Part shown: piece by piece, positions 1 to 13,190 of the stretch
Layout of the letters: every line of letters begins with the position of its first letter
How positions within the stretch are numbered: position 1 is the stretch's first letter
Source: a plasmid
DNA: 64,000 nucleotides
Sequence record: NZ_AP019754.1
Direction: 5' to 3' (one strand)
Notes under the pieces: generated by a model
Databases searched by the model: none
What the model saw: the letters and a program-made list of their open reading frames with translations, nothing else
What the model was told of the DNA's origin: nothing
Program-made: the position numbers and the translations under genes

Positions 1-36
1 GACCTCTCCTCGCAATCCGTTCAGAAGGGTAAACCG

Positions 37-1833
37 TTAGTGTCCGGAAGGCTCGCCAGGTATCTTCCAACGCAGCCAGGCATCCAGTTCAGTTTCGGCC
101 ATGGGCTTGATATTGAAATATTCATATGCGACATCATTATCTTGCGGGGGAGCGGCAAGGGGTGACGTCGCGGCGTGAAAGGCGGTTTCATCCGCTAAGA
201 CGATCGTATTAAACTCTTTTAAGGCGCTAAAAATACTGTGCGCTATCAGACGTGAAGTGATTTTTGCATTGATCGCGTTTGCCAGGACGTTATTAAGCTT
301 GATGATGACAGGCGGGCTTTGGCGAAGGTAGCGTATTTTGCTATAGCCTTTAGCGGCATCCTCCCACGACATACTGAATCCCAGACGTCTGAGCATTTCC
401 AGCCCCAGCATGGCGGCCGGGCTGTCAATGATATGCTCCGTTTTCACTATCTTGATGATGAGCAGTGAGACCGGCAGCCCTGCCTTTAGCATTTTCTCCG
501 CCAGCTTTTCTGCAAAAGTGACGTCAGCAACATCTCGCTCGTGAAGACTTATCGTTACAGGTAACTGAATAGGGTGATGCCGGAGACGCTTAAGGCGGCA
601 AATAGCGCGGTCGACCAGCCAGGCTGTGAGCTGTTTGTCCAGCTCTGTTCCCTCAGCCAGCGTAGCAAAATTATCTGCCGGCAGGTCGCCGCGCAACGGA
701 TGGTGCCAGCGCATCTGTGCTTCAAGGCCCACAGGTTTGCCGCTTTTCAGGCATACCTTGGGCTGGAAAACTAAATGTAAACCGTGATTGTGTCGTAAGG
801 CTTCTGCCAGTTCGCTCATCAGGGTAAAATCTGGCGCACGGCCTGAATCGCTTAATTCATCAAGACGAAACGGCGAGACCTTTTGGTCACTCTCATATTC
901 CAGCGCATTGACTGCTCGTCGGAGAACCTCATGGGCGGGGGCATCACCGGCAACAAAATCTGTTTGCCCGACGCAGGTGGTCAGGGCCATAGTCAAACCA
1001 TCACCGACATCAGCACTGATTCCATTCAGACGCTCGACCACCCAGCGCGCACTGATGTGGCTGTCAGTATGGGTTAAAATCGCAAAACGCCCGGTGGCGA
1101 TAGTATAAAGCATGCCGCCACTGATTGGTCGAAGGCGTAAAGGCAGAAGCGTCGCCACATCTTTAAGCAACGACTCCAGCGATGCCATACCTAACGATCG
1201 GGATAATTCGAACGCGCGTGACATATCGATACAGTCAATCAGCACCAGACGGCGAGAAGCCGTGTCGTTCAGATTAGCAAGGAGCTGTATATCACGAACA
1301 AGACGTTCCCGATTCGCCAGGCCAGTAACCGGTTCGACAAAAGCCGCAGAGTGCCAGGCGTCAAGGAATGCGACAACTAACGCTGCCAGGGATTCAAAGA
1401 TATTTTTTTGCTGGTTGTCGAAAGGGCGCGGTACCGTATCCGTTACGCACAGCGTCCCCAGCATCAGGCCATTTTTGTTTTTTAGCGGCGTGCCGACATA
1501 AAAGCGGATGAAAGGCGCATGCGTTATTAACGGATGATGAGCAAAACGTGCATCACGGCAGGTATCCGTGACAACGACCGTTGTGCCGCCTTCGACCACG
1601 TGCCGGCACAAGGCCTGCTCGCGAGATGAATCTTGCAGCTCAATATTATAACTGGCGCGAACAATATGCTGTTCATCGGTCAGGACGGTAATATAACTTC
1701 CATGGGTGCCGAGCAGCTGGCTGGCCAGACGCAGAAATTTCTTCAGACCTTCATCCCGGCCGCGATCGGAAATGCTGAGTGCATTTTTTTCACTGGTGCG
1801 GTGAGGTTCCTTTTTACTGTATTCCATAGACAT
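37..1833 (-). CDS. GAF / degenerate-GGDEF / EAL domain c-di-GMP signalling protein (paralog A)
   Basis: 598-aa ORF. N-terminal GAF-like region. The central GGDEF-like region lacks a GG(D/E)EF motif. The C-terminal EAL domain carries QPKVCL...GLEAQMRWHHP, with EAL changed to EAQ. SD AGGAG lies 6 nt before the ATG at 1833. About 45-50% identical to the 6287..8053 product. Confidence 0.8.
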   Translation of the reverse strand: MSMEYSKKEPHRTSEKNALSISDRGRDEGLKKFLRLASQLLGTHGSYITVLTDEQHIVRASYNIELQDSSREQALCRHVVEGGTTVVVTDTCRDARFAHHPLITHAPFIRFYVGTPLKNKNGLMLGTLCVTDTVPRPFDNQQKNIFESLAALVVAFLDAWHSAAFVEPVTGLANRERLVRDIQLLANLNDTASRRLVLIDCIDMSRAFELSRSLGMASLESLLKDVATLLPLRLRPISGGMLYTIATGRFAILTHTDSHISARWVVERLNGISADVGDGLTMALTTCVGQTDFVAGDAPAHEVLRRAVNALEYESDQKVSPFRLDELSDSGRAPDFTLMSELAEALRHNHGLHLVFQPKVCLKSGKPVGLEAQMRWHHPLRGDLPADNFATLAEGTELDKQLTAWLVDRAICRLKRLRHHPIQLPVTISLHERDVADVTFAEKLAEKMLKAGLPVSLLIIKIVKTEHIIDSPAAMLGLEMLRRLGFSMSWEDAAKGYSKIRYLRQSPPVIIKLNNVLANAINAKITSRLIAHSIFSALKEFNTIVLADETAFHAATSPLAAPPQDNDVAYEYFNIKPMAETELDAWLRWKIPGEPSGH

Positions 1834-2522
1834 TCCCGCTCCTGCCCGTTTGCTGAATAGAACTGCAAAAAAAGAGTGTACGACAAATGCTGGAAATAAA
1901 ACCCAATCAATATAAAAGGCAAAAGCAATTAATTTATTTCTTGTGGAGAGTGAGGGTGGGAATTATAAAGTTTTCATGTCTTTTTACTTAATGCAAATTG
2001 TATCCGTTTTTTTGCGTTGTTTTTTGGTTAAGAAGTTTGACGCTGAAATATTATAAATAATAGTGCGACCATTTTAATCAAGCGTTTCACTTTTATTTTA
2101 TCATTCAGCCCTAAATTAAATTTCAGATATTGTTCGTTTTTTTTAATGTATACATGCCGGGTTTTATGTCATTTATGCGTTGTGCATTACGCCGCCTGAC
2201 GGGATGGCACTCAATGGTTACGTCTGCAATGTCAGCTAATACAAGGCATTATCTTGTCTCAATGGCGGGCGGTAACGAGGCGTTAAAGTCAACCAATAAG
2301 CTATGTCGGGATCTTTACGGTGAATAGGCATTTTTAAATAAATAACCTTAATGAATAGGTTTCACGACGCCACAAGATTAATCCGGATCGTGCCGCGATG
2401 AAGCGTCGTCACCGTAGTATATTAATGTAAATTATTGTGCCTGTTCGCGAACCGATACCTGCATGTTTGGACAATAACTGATAAGCTATCTTCTACAATC
2501 ACGACGACGTTGGAGCTGCCCT

Positions 2523-3716
2523 TTGCTGACCACCATTATTTACCGCAGCCACATTTCGGATGACGTTCCTGTTAAGACGCTTCCAGGAATGGTGGATGAT
2601 GCCAGCATACTTAATGCTTCCCATGAAGTGACAGGCATTTTGTTGTTTAATGGCACACATTTCTTCCAGTTGCTGGAAGGCCCGGAAGAGGGCGTTCTTG
2701 CTATTTACCAACGTATCTGTGCCGATCGCCGACATCACAACGTGGTAGAACTGATGCGTGACTACGCGCCATCCCGTCGCTTCGGTAACGCCGGAATGGA
2801 GTTGTTCGATTTGCGTGAACACGATCGTTCAACCGTGCTTCAGGCGGTTCTCGATAAAGGCACCTCCAAATATCAGCTAACCTATGCTGACAGAGCGCTG
2901 CAGTTCCTGCGTACCTTCGTAGAAGCGCGTGAAAAAGAAAACTACTACGAGGTATTACCGTCAGAATACTGGGAATTCATTCCTGAAGCGCCTGCCTCAA
3001 GCGCGGCAAAATCCTCTCCTTCGGGTATCACCTTCCGACCGGTTGTTGATCCCCTTGCCAGGCAGGTGACGGCTATTGAGGCGATTACGGATACGCGCCA
3101 CAGCGGCAGCGATCCCAATGGGTCGGATAAAAAGTTACATGATGCCGACCTCGATGCCGTGATTAAAGCTTTCGAGATGGCAGGCAGGGCCTGTCCGGAT
3201 GAAATGACCCTGTATGTCAGCCTGCTTCCTATGACGCTGGTGGTCGTGCCGGACGCCGTTGCCAGAATTGTTGCAACCATCAACGCCTCAGGTCTGGTGC
3301 CGGAGCAGGTGGTCATTGGCGTCAGTGAAACCGAAGTTATTTCACGGCTGGAAGCGTTTTCCGTGGCTGTCAGGGAGCTTAAAGCCGCCGGTATCAGCCT
3401 GTCCGTTGATAACTTCGGTGCGGGCTCGGCAGGATTGTCATTGCTGACCCACATTCAGCCCGATCGCATTCGTATTGATTCCAGTATCACCACGGATGTT
3501 CATCGAAGCGGCCCGAAACAGGCAGTTGTTCAGGCGATCATCAAATGCTGTTCAGCATTAGAAATCACGGTAATTGCCGCAGGCATCGTGAAAGCGGAAG
3601 AGTGGATGTGGCTGGAAGCCGCGGGCGTGATCAACTTTCAGGGCAGTCTGTTTGCGTCGCCAGATTCGGGGCAGTCCGATGCGGTTGCCTGGCCAGAATA
3701 TCGTGACGCAATGTAA
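2523..3716 (+). CDS. bluF: BLUF-EAL blue-light sensor protein (BluF/YcgF/BlrP-like)
   Basis: 397 aa. The N-terminus (IYRSHISDD...GILLFNGTHFFQLLEGPEEGVLAIYQRI) is a textbook BLUF FAD-binding fold. The C-terminal half is EAL-like. Size matches E. coli BluF (403 aa). Confidence 0.8.
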   Translation: MLTTIIYRSHISDDVPVKTLPGMVDDASILNASHEVTGILLFNGTHFFQLLEGPEEGVLAIYQRICADRRHHNVVELMRDYAPSRRFGNAGMELFDLREHDRSTVLQAVLDKGTSKYQLTYADRALQFLRTFVEAREKENYYEVLPSEYWEFIPEAPASSAAKSSPSGITFRPVVDPLARQVTAIEAITDTRHSGSDPNGSDKKLHDADLDAVIKAFEMAGRACPDEMTLYVSLLPMTLVVVPDAVARIVATINASGLVPEQVVIGVSETEVISRLEAFSVAVRELKAAGISLSVDNFGAGSAGLSLLTHIQPDRIRIDSSITTDVHRSGPKQAVVQAIIKCCSALEITVIAAGIVKAEEWMWLEAAGVINFQGSLFASPDSGQSDAVAWPEYRDAM

Positions 3717-4157
3717 GTATGCTCATGCCGTTATAACGTCATAGTCTGAACGTTTATCGGTAATCTATTCCTGGCAGCACGGAACGCTGCTGTTATTCCA
3801 CTTATGCTCTACGTACCCGCCCTGTATTATCCTTCTTTACTGCTACGCATTTTGAATTCAGCCTGAATATCGCCATTTTTACCGATCCGCTATCTTCTAT
3901 CGCGAGTCATTGTTAATCGTCAGGCAGCCAGCAAGAGTGCGGGTGTGCTGTTGCGTAAGGGATGAATAACGATTCCTCGTACTCCGCGACAATATTTAAT
4001 GTCTCCACTTTTCGTCAGAGAAATTAAAACGATTTTACCTGAACAGTCTGAGCAGGGTGGTCAGGAGGCGGGCGCATAAAGCGGTATTACTCACCAGTGA
4101 GCTGAGTTAATCACCTTTCCAGAGATTACCTGGACACAAAAAGCACAGTTTGCGATC

Positions 4158-4973
4158 ATGGCAGCATTACGGAAAATAAAAACCTGTTCAGGTACACATA
4201 ACATGAAAGAAAACAGTCGCTTAGAATCGATCATGAATTATCTTAAAGGCAACAATCTGGTCACGGTTGAACAGCTTGTTACGGTGACCGGTGCGTCACC
4301 TGCGACCATAAGACGCGATCTGATTAAACTCGATCACGAAGGTGTCGTCAGTCGCACGCATGGCGGCGTTACCCTGAACCGGTTTATCCCTTCTCAGCCC
4401 ACGACGCTGGAAAAGTCGTCGCGCAATCTGGCTGAGAAACACGCGATTGCCCGTGTTGCGGCCAGTTTTATCAAAGCCGGTGATGCGGTGATACTGGACG
4501 CCGGTACCACCATGTTTGAGCTGGCGCGACAGATTACCCATATGCCTTTACGTGTGATCACCAACGATCTGCATATCGCGCTGTTTTTGTCTGAGTTCAA
4601 ACAGATTGAAGTGACAATTATTGGCGGTCGCATTGATGAAAGCAGCCAGTCATGCATTGGTGACCACGGACGAAAACTGCTTAATAATATTCATCCGGAC
4701 ATTGCCTTCCTGAGCGGTAACGGATGGGATGGGGTTAAGGGCGTGACGTCGCCTACAGAAGAAAAGGCCGCGCTCAAACGAGACCTGATCAGGAACGCCC
4801 AGCGCCGAATTTTACTGGCAGACAGCTCAAAATACGGCGCATGGTCGCTGTTCAACGTGGTGCATTTGAAGGAGCTTACGGATATTGTCACCGATGCCAA
4901 CCTGGATAATGAGATTCGGCAAAGGTTGCTGTCAAACCCACTCCCTGCGCTGACGATCGCGGAACCCGTGTAA
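4158..4973 (+). CDS. DeoR-family transcriptional regulator (HTH + sugar-phosphate-binding domain)
   Basis: N-terminal DeoR HTH ([21 protein letters not shown]) and a C-terminal DeoRC domain. The true start may be the internal Met at 4203 ([15 protein letters not shown]). Confidence 0.75.
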   Translation: MAALRKIKTCSGTHNMKENSRLESIMNYLKGNNLVTVEQLVTVTGASPATIRRDLIKLDHEGVVSRTHGGVTLNRFIPSQPTTLEKSSRNLAEKHAIARVAASFIKAGDAVILDAGTTMFELARQITHMPLRVITNDLHIALFLSEFKQIEVTIIGGRIDESSQSCIGDHGRKLLNNIHPDIAFLSGNGWDGVKGVTSPTEEKAALKRDLIRNAQRRILLADSSKYGAWSLFNVVHLKELTDIVTDANLDNEIRQRLLSNPLPALTIAEPV

Positions 4974-5240
4974 CACGCCGTTGCCTATGGCGGTGTTGCA
5001 GACCAATCGGGTGCGGATGAGTGCGTGGCGGAACAGCGCGTTAACCGCGTGGCACAGATTATTGCCCGGGCATGGCATCAAGATTTGCCCAGAGGAGCGC
5101 GCGGCTGAGAAAGGATTAAGGGTTTGCGACAGGATAAATGCGTCAGGCAGGTACCAGGGTTGGCGCCAGAACACGACATCGCTGAACCGGCTGATAAAAT
5201 ACGCGCCTGGGTCACGCAACCGTTATCCCGCCAGCGAGCG

Positions 5241-5519
5241 TTACTCGTCTATCAGGGGTTTGAGATACAAGCGTGTATCGCCGTCTTCACCATGTTTTGG
5301 GTGCCAGACCATGGCTGCATTTTCATCGCCGATGTAGGTCATCCCCAAAGGTTCTATGACTGCATAGGGCCGCGCGAAAGCGGCCCGGTAGGCCAGTAAC
5401 TCTTTTGCCATTGCCACAACCTGATGAGAAACGTCGTCGGGGTGGGTGACAATGTGATTCAACTGTTCTTCAGTCAGCATACTTCCATTCCTGAACACCC
5501 AGCCCATAAACGAAGCCAT
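5241..5519 (-). CDS. hypothetical protein (92 aa)
   Basis: Open frame with no recognisable domain and a weak SD. It sits 60 bp downstream of a heptanucleotide tandem repeat. Confidence 0.35.
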   Translation of the reverse strand: MASFMGWVFRNGSMLTEEQLNHIVTHPDDVSHQVVAMAKELLAYRAAFARPYAVIEPLGMTYIGDENAAMVWHPKHGEDGDTRLYLKPLIDE

Positions 5520-5580
5520 CTGGCAGGGGTTTTAAATCTGTTAATTATAGTCAAACGGGTTACCGTCAGCTTTCGTCATT

Positions 5581-5621
5581 GCTCAACGCTCAACGCTCAA
5601 CGCTCAACGCTCAACGCTCAA
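5581..5621. repeat. heptanucleotide tandem repeat (GCTCAAC) x ~5.7
   Basis: Direct reading: gctcaac gctcaac gctcaac gctcaac gctcaac gctcaa. Intergenic, 62-102 bp upstream of the minus-strand ORF that starts at 5519. Confidence 0.9.
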
Positions 5622-6286
5622 TGGACATGACCCATATTGGCTGTAGGGCGTAGCTTACTACGGGAAGGACAGATTTCGAAGGCCTGTTGACAGCGGTGCA
5701 GAAGAAAGGAAAGGGCAGCAGGACAGGCGTTACCTTATGCGTCGAAAAATCAGACAGAAAAGACGCGACAGCTGGCCTGCGACATCTTCACTATTTATAG
5801 CCATATGATCGCGGTTGGTGTTGTTGGCTTCAGCAACAGGGTAGCGCGCGTTTTACGCTTGTGCATGAGCCGCCATTTTCGCTTCCGCCCCGTCAGGCTC
5901 AGAGAATGAGGCGGTAACGCGTTACACAAAACGATCTGAAGATATTGCTGAAAGAGCGGTAAGCGCAACAGGTGAACGCATTTTCATGTTATAGCCTGCG
6001 GTTATTCAGGCAGGCAGCTGCGCTTTTGATGAGGTGAATGATAAATATGCCCGGAATAATCAGGTCGTTTATTCGATTGCTTCACTTTGGCTTGCACTCA
6101 TGTGTGCTATCGACATAGCGGACGACGCGGTTTCTCGTTAAAAATCTTAGAAAAAAGTTCCGGTCATGTTATACAGTCTCGCATAGCCCTTGTTTGCGAT
6201 AAATCGTCCTTTAACAGGGCGCTAAATATTTAAATTTAGGCTAAATTAGTTTCTGCGTTTTTGCACCCGCACAAGGGGAGGCTGTT

Positions 6287-8053
6287 GTGCACAATAATCA
6301 AAGTGGCAATGACGAAAATCGTCTCAAAGCGGTTAAAGCACTTTTGTCACCTGATGTCACCAGGGATGAGGTGCTGGAAAAGTTTGTTCATCTTGCCGCG
6401 CAGGTACTGGGCATTTCAGGCAGTTTTATTTCTATTATTGATGATAAAAATCAATATATTAAGGTTTCCCGTAATTTCAATCTTAAAGAATCCGCACGAG
6501 AAGTTTCCCTTTGTCGTCACGTGATTGACGGTGACGGACAGCTCGTTGTGCAGGACACATTACAGGATAACCGCTTTACCTTTCATCCACTTGTTGAGGG
6601 TGAGCCGCACATTCGGTTTTATGCAGGCGTGTCGTTATCTAATCTGGAAGGGCTGGTTTTAGGCACGCTTTGCGTGACCGACACAAAGCCTCATACGTTT
6701 AGTGATGAGCAACTGGACACCTTAAAGTCGCTGGCAAAACTGGTTAGTTCTTTTCTGGATGCCTGGAATCTTGCCAGTTTCACGGACCTGATCACGCTTT
6801 TACCCAACCGGCCCCGACTTATTCGCGACATGCAGCAGTTGACCGTCAATAATCCCGATCGTCGTTTTCGCCTGATCCTCATCGACTGTCTTGATATTCC
6901 ACAGGCGTATGAGTTATCCCGTACTTTTGGCATTGCGCCGGTAGAAAACCTGCTCAGACAAATTGCCGGACTGGTCGGTGTTCGTCTTCAACTGCAGTCA
7001 GATGACATGCTGTATTCATTTGCGCCCGGCCGGTTTGCGTTAATACAACCTTATCTTGGTGGTTATAATGCGCAAAGCACCGTTGAGGTATTAACCAGCC
7101 TTAAAGCAGATTTAGCGGATAACATTACGATTGATATTGATGTTTATACGGGTGAGACAGAGTTTGTTTCCCGCGACATCGATGCGAATGAAGTGGTGCG
7201 CCAGGCGGTTAGTGCATTACACGAATGTATCCATCAAAACATGGGCGCCATGACGTTCGATCATGCTTATGATTCGCGTCGCACTGAAGATTTTTTGATT
7301 ATGAACGATCTGGCTCAGGCGCTTAAAAAAGATGAAGGCCTGTACCTCGCTTATCAGCCAAAGGTCTGTTTAAAAACGGGAAAAACCGTAGGGCTTGAGG
7401 CTTTGATCCGCTGGCACCACCCGGAGAGAGGCGAACTGTTTCCGGCCGACTTTATACCGCTGGCCATTAAAACCAACCTGATTTCTGTCCTCACTGACTG
7501 GGTTATCGATCGCGTTATTATTCAGCTTAAGCAATGGAACAACGAGTTTGAACTTATCCCGGTATCCGTGAACGTCAGCGAACGTGACTTTTCCAGACCA
7601 GAGTTTGCATCTGGCTTAGCCAGTAAAATGCAGGCGGCAGCCTTGCCGACAGCACTACTGGGCATTGAGTGTCTGGAAAACGAGCTCATTACGGAGAGCG
7701 ATATCGCCATTAACGGGCTGGAGGCGCTTAAAGCTCAGGGATTTGTTATTTCACTGGACGACTTCGGTACGGGCTACAGTAATATCAGTTATCTGCAGGA
7801 AATACCGCTAGATGTCATTAAGGTCGATATGTCTTTAATTGGCCGAATGGATGGCGATCATGCATCAAGAATCATCGTGCGGAGTATTATCATGATGTTG
7901 AAAGAACTGAATTATACGGTACTGGCAGAAGGCGTTGAAACTGAAGCCACGTTGAGTTTGCTGAAGCAATACGGTTGTGACCAGATACAGGGTTACTTCT
8001 TTTCGAAGCCGCTCCCGGCCAGCGATATCGAACACTGGTTGCTGCAGAAGTAA
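6287..8053 (+). CDS. GAF / degenerate-GGDEF / EAL domain c-di-GMP phosphodiesterase-type protein (paralog B)
   Basis: 588 aa. GTG start preceded by AAGGGGAGG at a 6-nt spacing. EAL motif intact (GLEALIRWHHP). DDFGTGYS and QGYFFSKP motifs present. Colinear with the 37..1833 product. Confidence 0.8.
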   Translation: MHNNQSGNDENRLKAVKALLSPDVTRDEVLEKFVHLAAQVLGISGSFISIIDDKNQYIKVSRNFNLKESAREVSLCRHVIDGDGQLVVQDTLQDNRFTFHPLVEGEPHIRFYAGVSLSNLEGLVLGTLCVTDTKPHTFSDEQLDTLKSLAKLVSSFLDAWNLASFTDLITLLPNRPRLIRDMQQLTVNNPDRRFRLILIDCLDIPQAYELSRTFGIAPVENLLRQIAGLVGVRLQLQSDDMLYSFAPGRFALIQPYLGGYNAQSTVEVLTSLKADLADNITIDIDVYTGETEFVSRDIDANEVVRQAVSALHECIHQNMGAMTFDHAYDSRRTEDFLIMNDLAQALKKDEGLYLAYQPKVCLKTGKTVGLEALIRWHHPERGELFPADFIPLAIKTNLISVLTDWVIDRVIIQLKQWNNEFELIPVSVNVSERDFSRPEFASGLASKMQAAALPTALLGIECLENELITESDIAINGLEALKAQGFVISLDDFGTGYSNISYLQEIPLDVIKVDMSLIGRMDGDHASRIIVRSIIMMLKELNYTVLAEGVETEATLSLLKQYGCDQIQGYFFSKPLPASDIEHWLLQK

Positions 8054-8161
8054 ATGCCCTGAAGGCGACAGTCAGTGTCGCCTGAAAAGCAGGACAGCCT
8101 GCTTCAGGGGGTTTTGCCAGCAGCGCTTCAGTCGGTTAAGAGGCTGAAGCGCGCTGTGCGA

Positions 8162-11070
<2,909 letters not shown>

Positions 11071-11382
11071 GATTTTATCTCGTAGGGAAGAGGAAAGTGC
11101 GCTCGGGTTTCCGCTCTGGCCGTCGTGTTGTTGTTTTACTTCGCCAGTCAGCCTGCCTTACTCTGCATCTGACCCACGGTGCGGCTAAATAGGAAACCGG
11201 TTTCACAAAATCATGAAGAGATTTCGCCTTTTAAACAAGAGTGTAAAATAGAGTGATGTTATTTTTGTGATGATAATCACTTTGAGTGGCGAAGCAGGCG
11301 GCACGACATTAAGGCTAAATATTTTAAATAATGAAAGGCTTAGGTAAACTCCATTTACTCTGAAGATTCTGGCAGCGATAAC

Positions 11383-12390
11383 ATGACAACCATTTCACAA
11401 GTAGCAAAACGCGCCGGCGTCTCAAAAGCGACAGTTTCGCGGGTGTTGTCAGGTAAGGGTTATGTAGGGCAGGAGAAGCGGGAACGGGTTTTGCTGGCCA
11501 TTGCGGAGACAGGCTATCGACCTAATCTGCTGGCACGTAATCTGGCAAATAAAAGTACCCAAACCATCGGGCTGGTTGTAACCAATACACTGTACAGTGG
11601 CAACATTTTCAGTGAGTTAATGTCTCACTCTGCCAGAATTATGGAGCAGCAAAATCGGCAGTTGATCCTGGCCGATGGCAAACATACCGCTGAGCAGGAG
11701 CGCGCTGCCATCCAGTTTCTGCTCGATTTACGTTGCGATGGCGTTATCATCTATCCGCGTTTTCTCAGCATCGACGAGCTGGATGCGATTATTTCGCAGC
11801 ACAAGCAGCCTGTGCTGGTCATTAATCGTCGTCTGCGAATCAATGACAGCTTCTGTATTTACAGCGATCAGCAGGCAACCAGCCAGAGGGCCGTCAGTTA
11901 CCTGATTGAACAGGGCCATCGTAATATTGCATTTATTACGGGATCACTGGATTCGCCGACCAGTCAGGAGCGACTTGCGGGCTATAAAACCGCGCTTCAC
12001 ACCCAGGGAATCGCAGTTAATCAGCAGCTAATTGTGCAGGGCAAATGGACGGCGCAAAGTGGGATGCTGGCGGTGAAAACATTGCTGGCGAGCGGACAGC
12101 CCTTTAGTGCTATCGTCGCCAGCAATGATGAAATGGCTATAGGGGCGATCAAACAGCTTACAGAAAATAATATTGCTGTACCTGGAACCGTCTCGGTCAT
12201 TGGCTTTGATGACATTCCGCTGGCCCCTTATATAACGCCTGCGCTCTCCAGTGTTAAATTTCCCGTTACCGATATGATCAATGACACCATTAATCGACTG
12301 GTCTTTATGCTGGATGGCGGTGAATTAACGCCGTTTACTCCCTATCAGGGCAGCCTCGTTGTGCGTGATTCCATTACCGGCATCACCTGA
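11383..12390 (+). CDS. ascG: LacI-family transcriptional repressor (AscG-like), divergent from ascFB
   Basis: 335 aa. N-terminal HTH MTTISQVAKRAGVSKATVSRVL and a periplasmic-binding-fold core. Divergent arrangement matches E. coli ascG-ascFB. Confidence 0.8.
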   Translation: MTTISQVAKRAGVSKATVSRVLSGKGYVGQEKRERVLLAIAETGYRPNLLARNLANKSTQTIGLVVTNTLYSGNIFSELMSHSARIMEQQNRQLILADGKHTAEQERAAIQFLLDLRCDGVIIYPRFLSIDELDAIISQHKQPVLVINRRLRINDSFCIYSDQQATSQRAVSYLIEQGHRNIAFITGSLDSPTSQERLAGYKTALHTQGIAVNQQLIVQGKWTAQSGMLAVKTLLASGQPFSAIVASNDEMAIGAIKQLTENNIAVPGTVSVIGFDDIPLAPYITPALSSVKFPVTDMINDTINRLVFMLDGGELTPFTPYQGSLVVRDSITGIT

Positions 12391-12395
12391 TGCCT

Positions 12396-13157
12396 TTACT
12401 GTGCTGAGTCGATCGCGACCTGTATTAACCCGATACCTTGCGCCGCGAGTCCGGCCACCACGTCCTGAGAAAGCCCCTTTTCCGTAATGACGTGACCGGG
12501 CTGAAAACCGGAAGACAGGGGATAAGGATGGATCTGCCCGAATTTAGAACTATCGGTCAGAACGTAGCTTTCTGCACCTTTAGCCAGCACGGCATCCACG
12601 ACATCACATCGCAGCATATCCCGCCCGGTGAAGCCGGTTTCCGGGTGCCAGCCATCTGCACCAATAAAGGCCTTATGGAAGTGCATTTGCTGTACGCAAT
12701 ACCGGGTTAAGGGCCCCGTCATTGATTCGCTGCGCTTTTGCAACATGCCGCCCAGAATAATGACTTCACAGGCCGCGTCTTTAAGCAGATGGCCGATATA
12801 ATGGCTTACGGTGATTAACGTCAAATTTTTGCGGCTGGCCAGCATACGTGCCAGCAGGGCGTTGGTGCTGCCGCCTTCGATCAATACAGATTCGCCATCG
12901 TTAATCCGCCCGGCTGCATAACGGGCGAGCGCCAGTTTTATCCCATAGCGGGTATGCATTCGCACGCCAACGTCGTCGCTGTCTAATGCCTGAGCCGCAC
13001 CGTGAACTCGACGTAAAACCCGCTTTTCTTCCAGCAGGTTGAGGTCCTGGCGAATGGTAACCTCCGACACACCGGCCAGCTCAGCCAGTTCGCTGACGGC
13101 GACGTTGCCTCGGGTATTAACCAGTTCAATAATTTTCTGCTGACGCGTATTCATCAT
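12396..13157 (-). CDS. DeoR-family transcriptional regulator
   Basis: 253 aa. [34 protein letters not shown] plus a DeoRC domain. Confidence 0.8.
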   Translation of the reverse strand: MMNTRQQKIIELVNTRGNVAVSELAELAGVSEVTIRQDLNLLEEKRVLRRVHGAAQALDSDDVGVRMHTRYGIKLALARYAAGRINDGESVLIEGGSTNALLARMLASRKNLTLITVSHYIGHLLKDAACEVIILGGMLQKRSESMTGPLTRYCVQQMHFHKAFIGADGWHPETGFTGRDMLRCDVVDAVLAKGAESYVLTDSSKFGQIHPYPLSSGFQPGHVITEKGLSQDVVAGLAAQGIGLIQVAIDSAQ

Positions 13158-13190
13158 GGTTCTCTGCTCTGACGTTGAGTCTCACTGGTT

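Noticed and set aside
246-1501. Several 60-130 aa ORFs (246..428, 574..774, 788..1108, 883..1077, 1112..1501) inside or antisense to the GAF-GGDEF-EAL gene
   Set aside because: They lie entirely within a long, well-supported ORF on the opposite strand or in alternative frames. None has an SD or a recognisable domain. They are typical GC-rich shadow ORFs.
4932-5399. Overlapping ORFs 4932..5219(-), 4981..5337(+) and 5124..5399(+) downstream of the DeoR regulator
   Set aside because: They are mutually incompatible overlapping frames with Arg/Ser/Pro-rich low-complexity products and no SD, and are most likely non-coding. Only the 5241..5519 minus-strand ORF was kept, at low confidence.
5581-5621. 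Possibility that the (GCTCAAC)n tract is a CRISPR array or part of a coding repeat
   Set aside because: The unit is only 7 bp with no spacers, so it is not CRISPR. No ORF spans it in any frame, and 7 is not a multiple of 3, so it is not a coding repeat. It is kept as an intergenic microsatellite.
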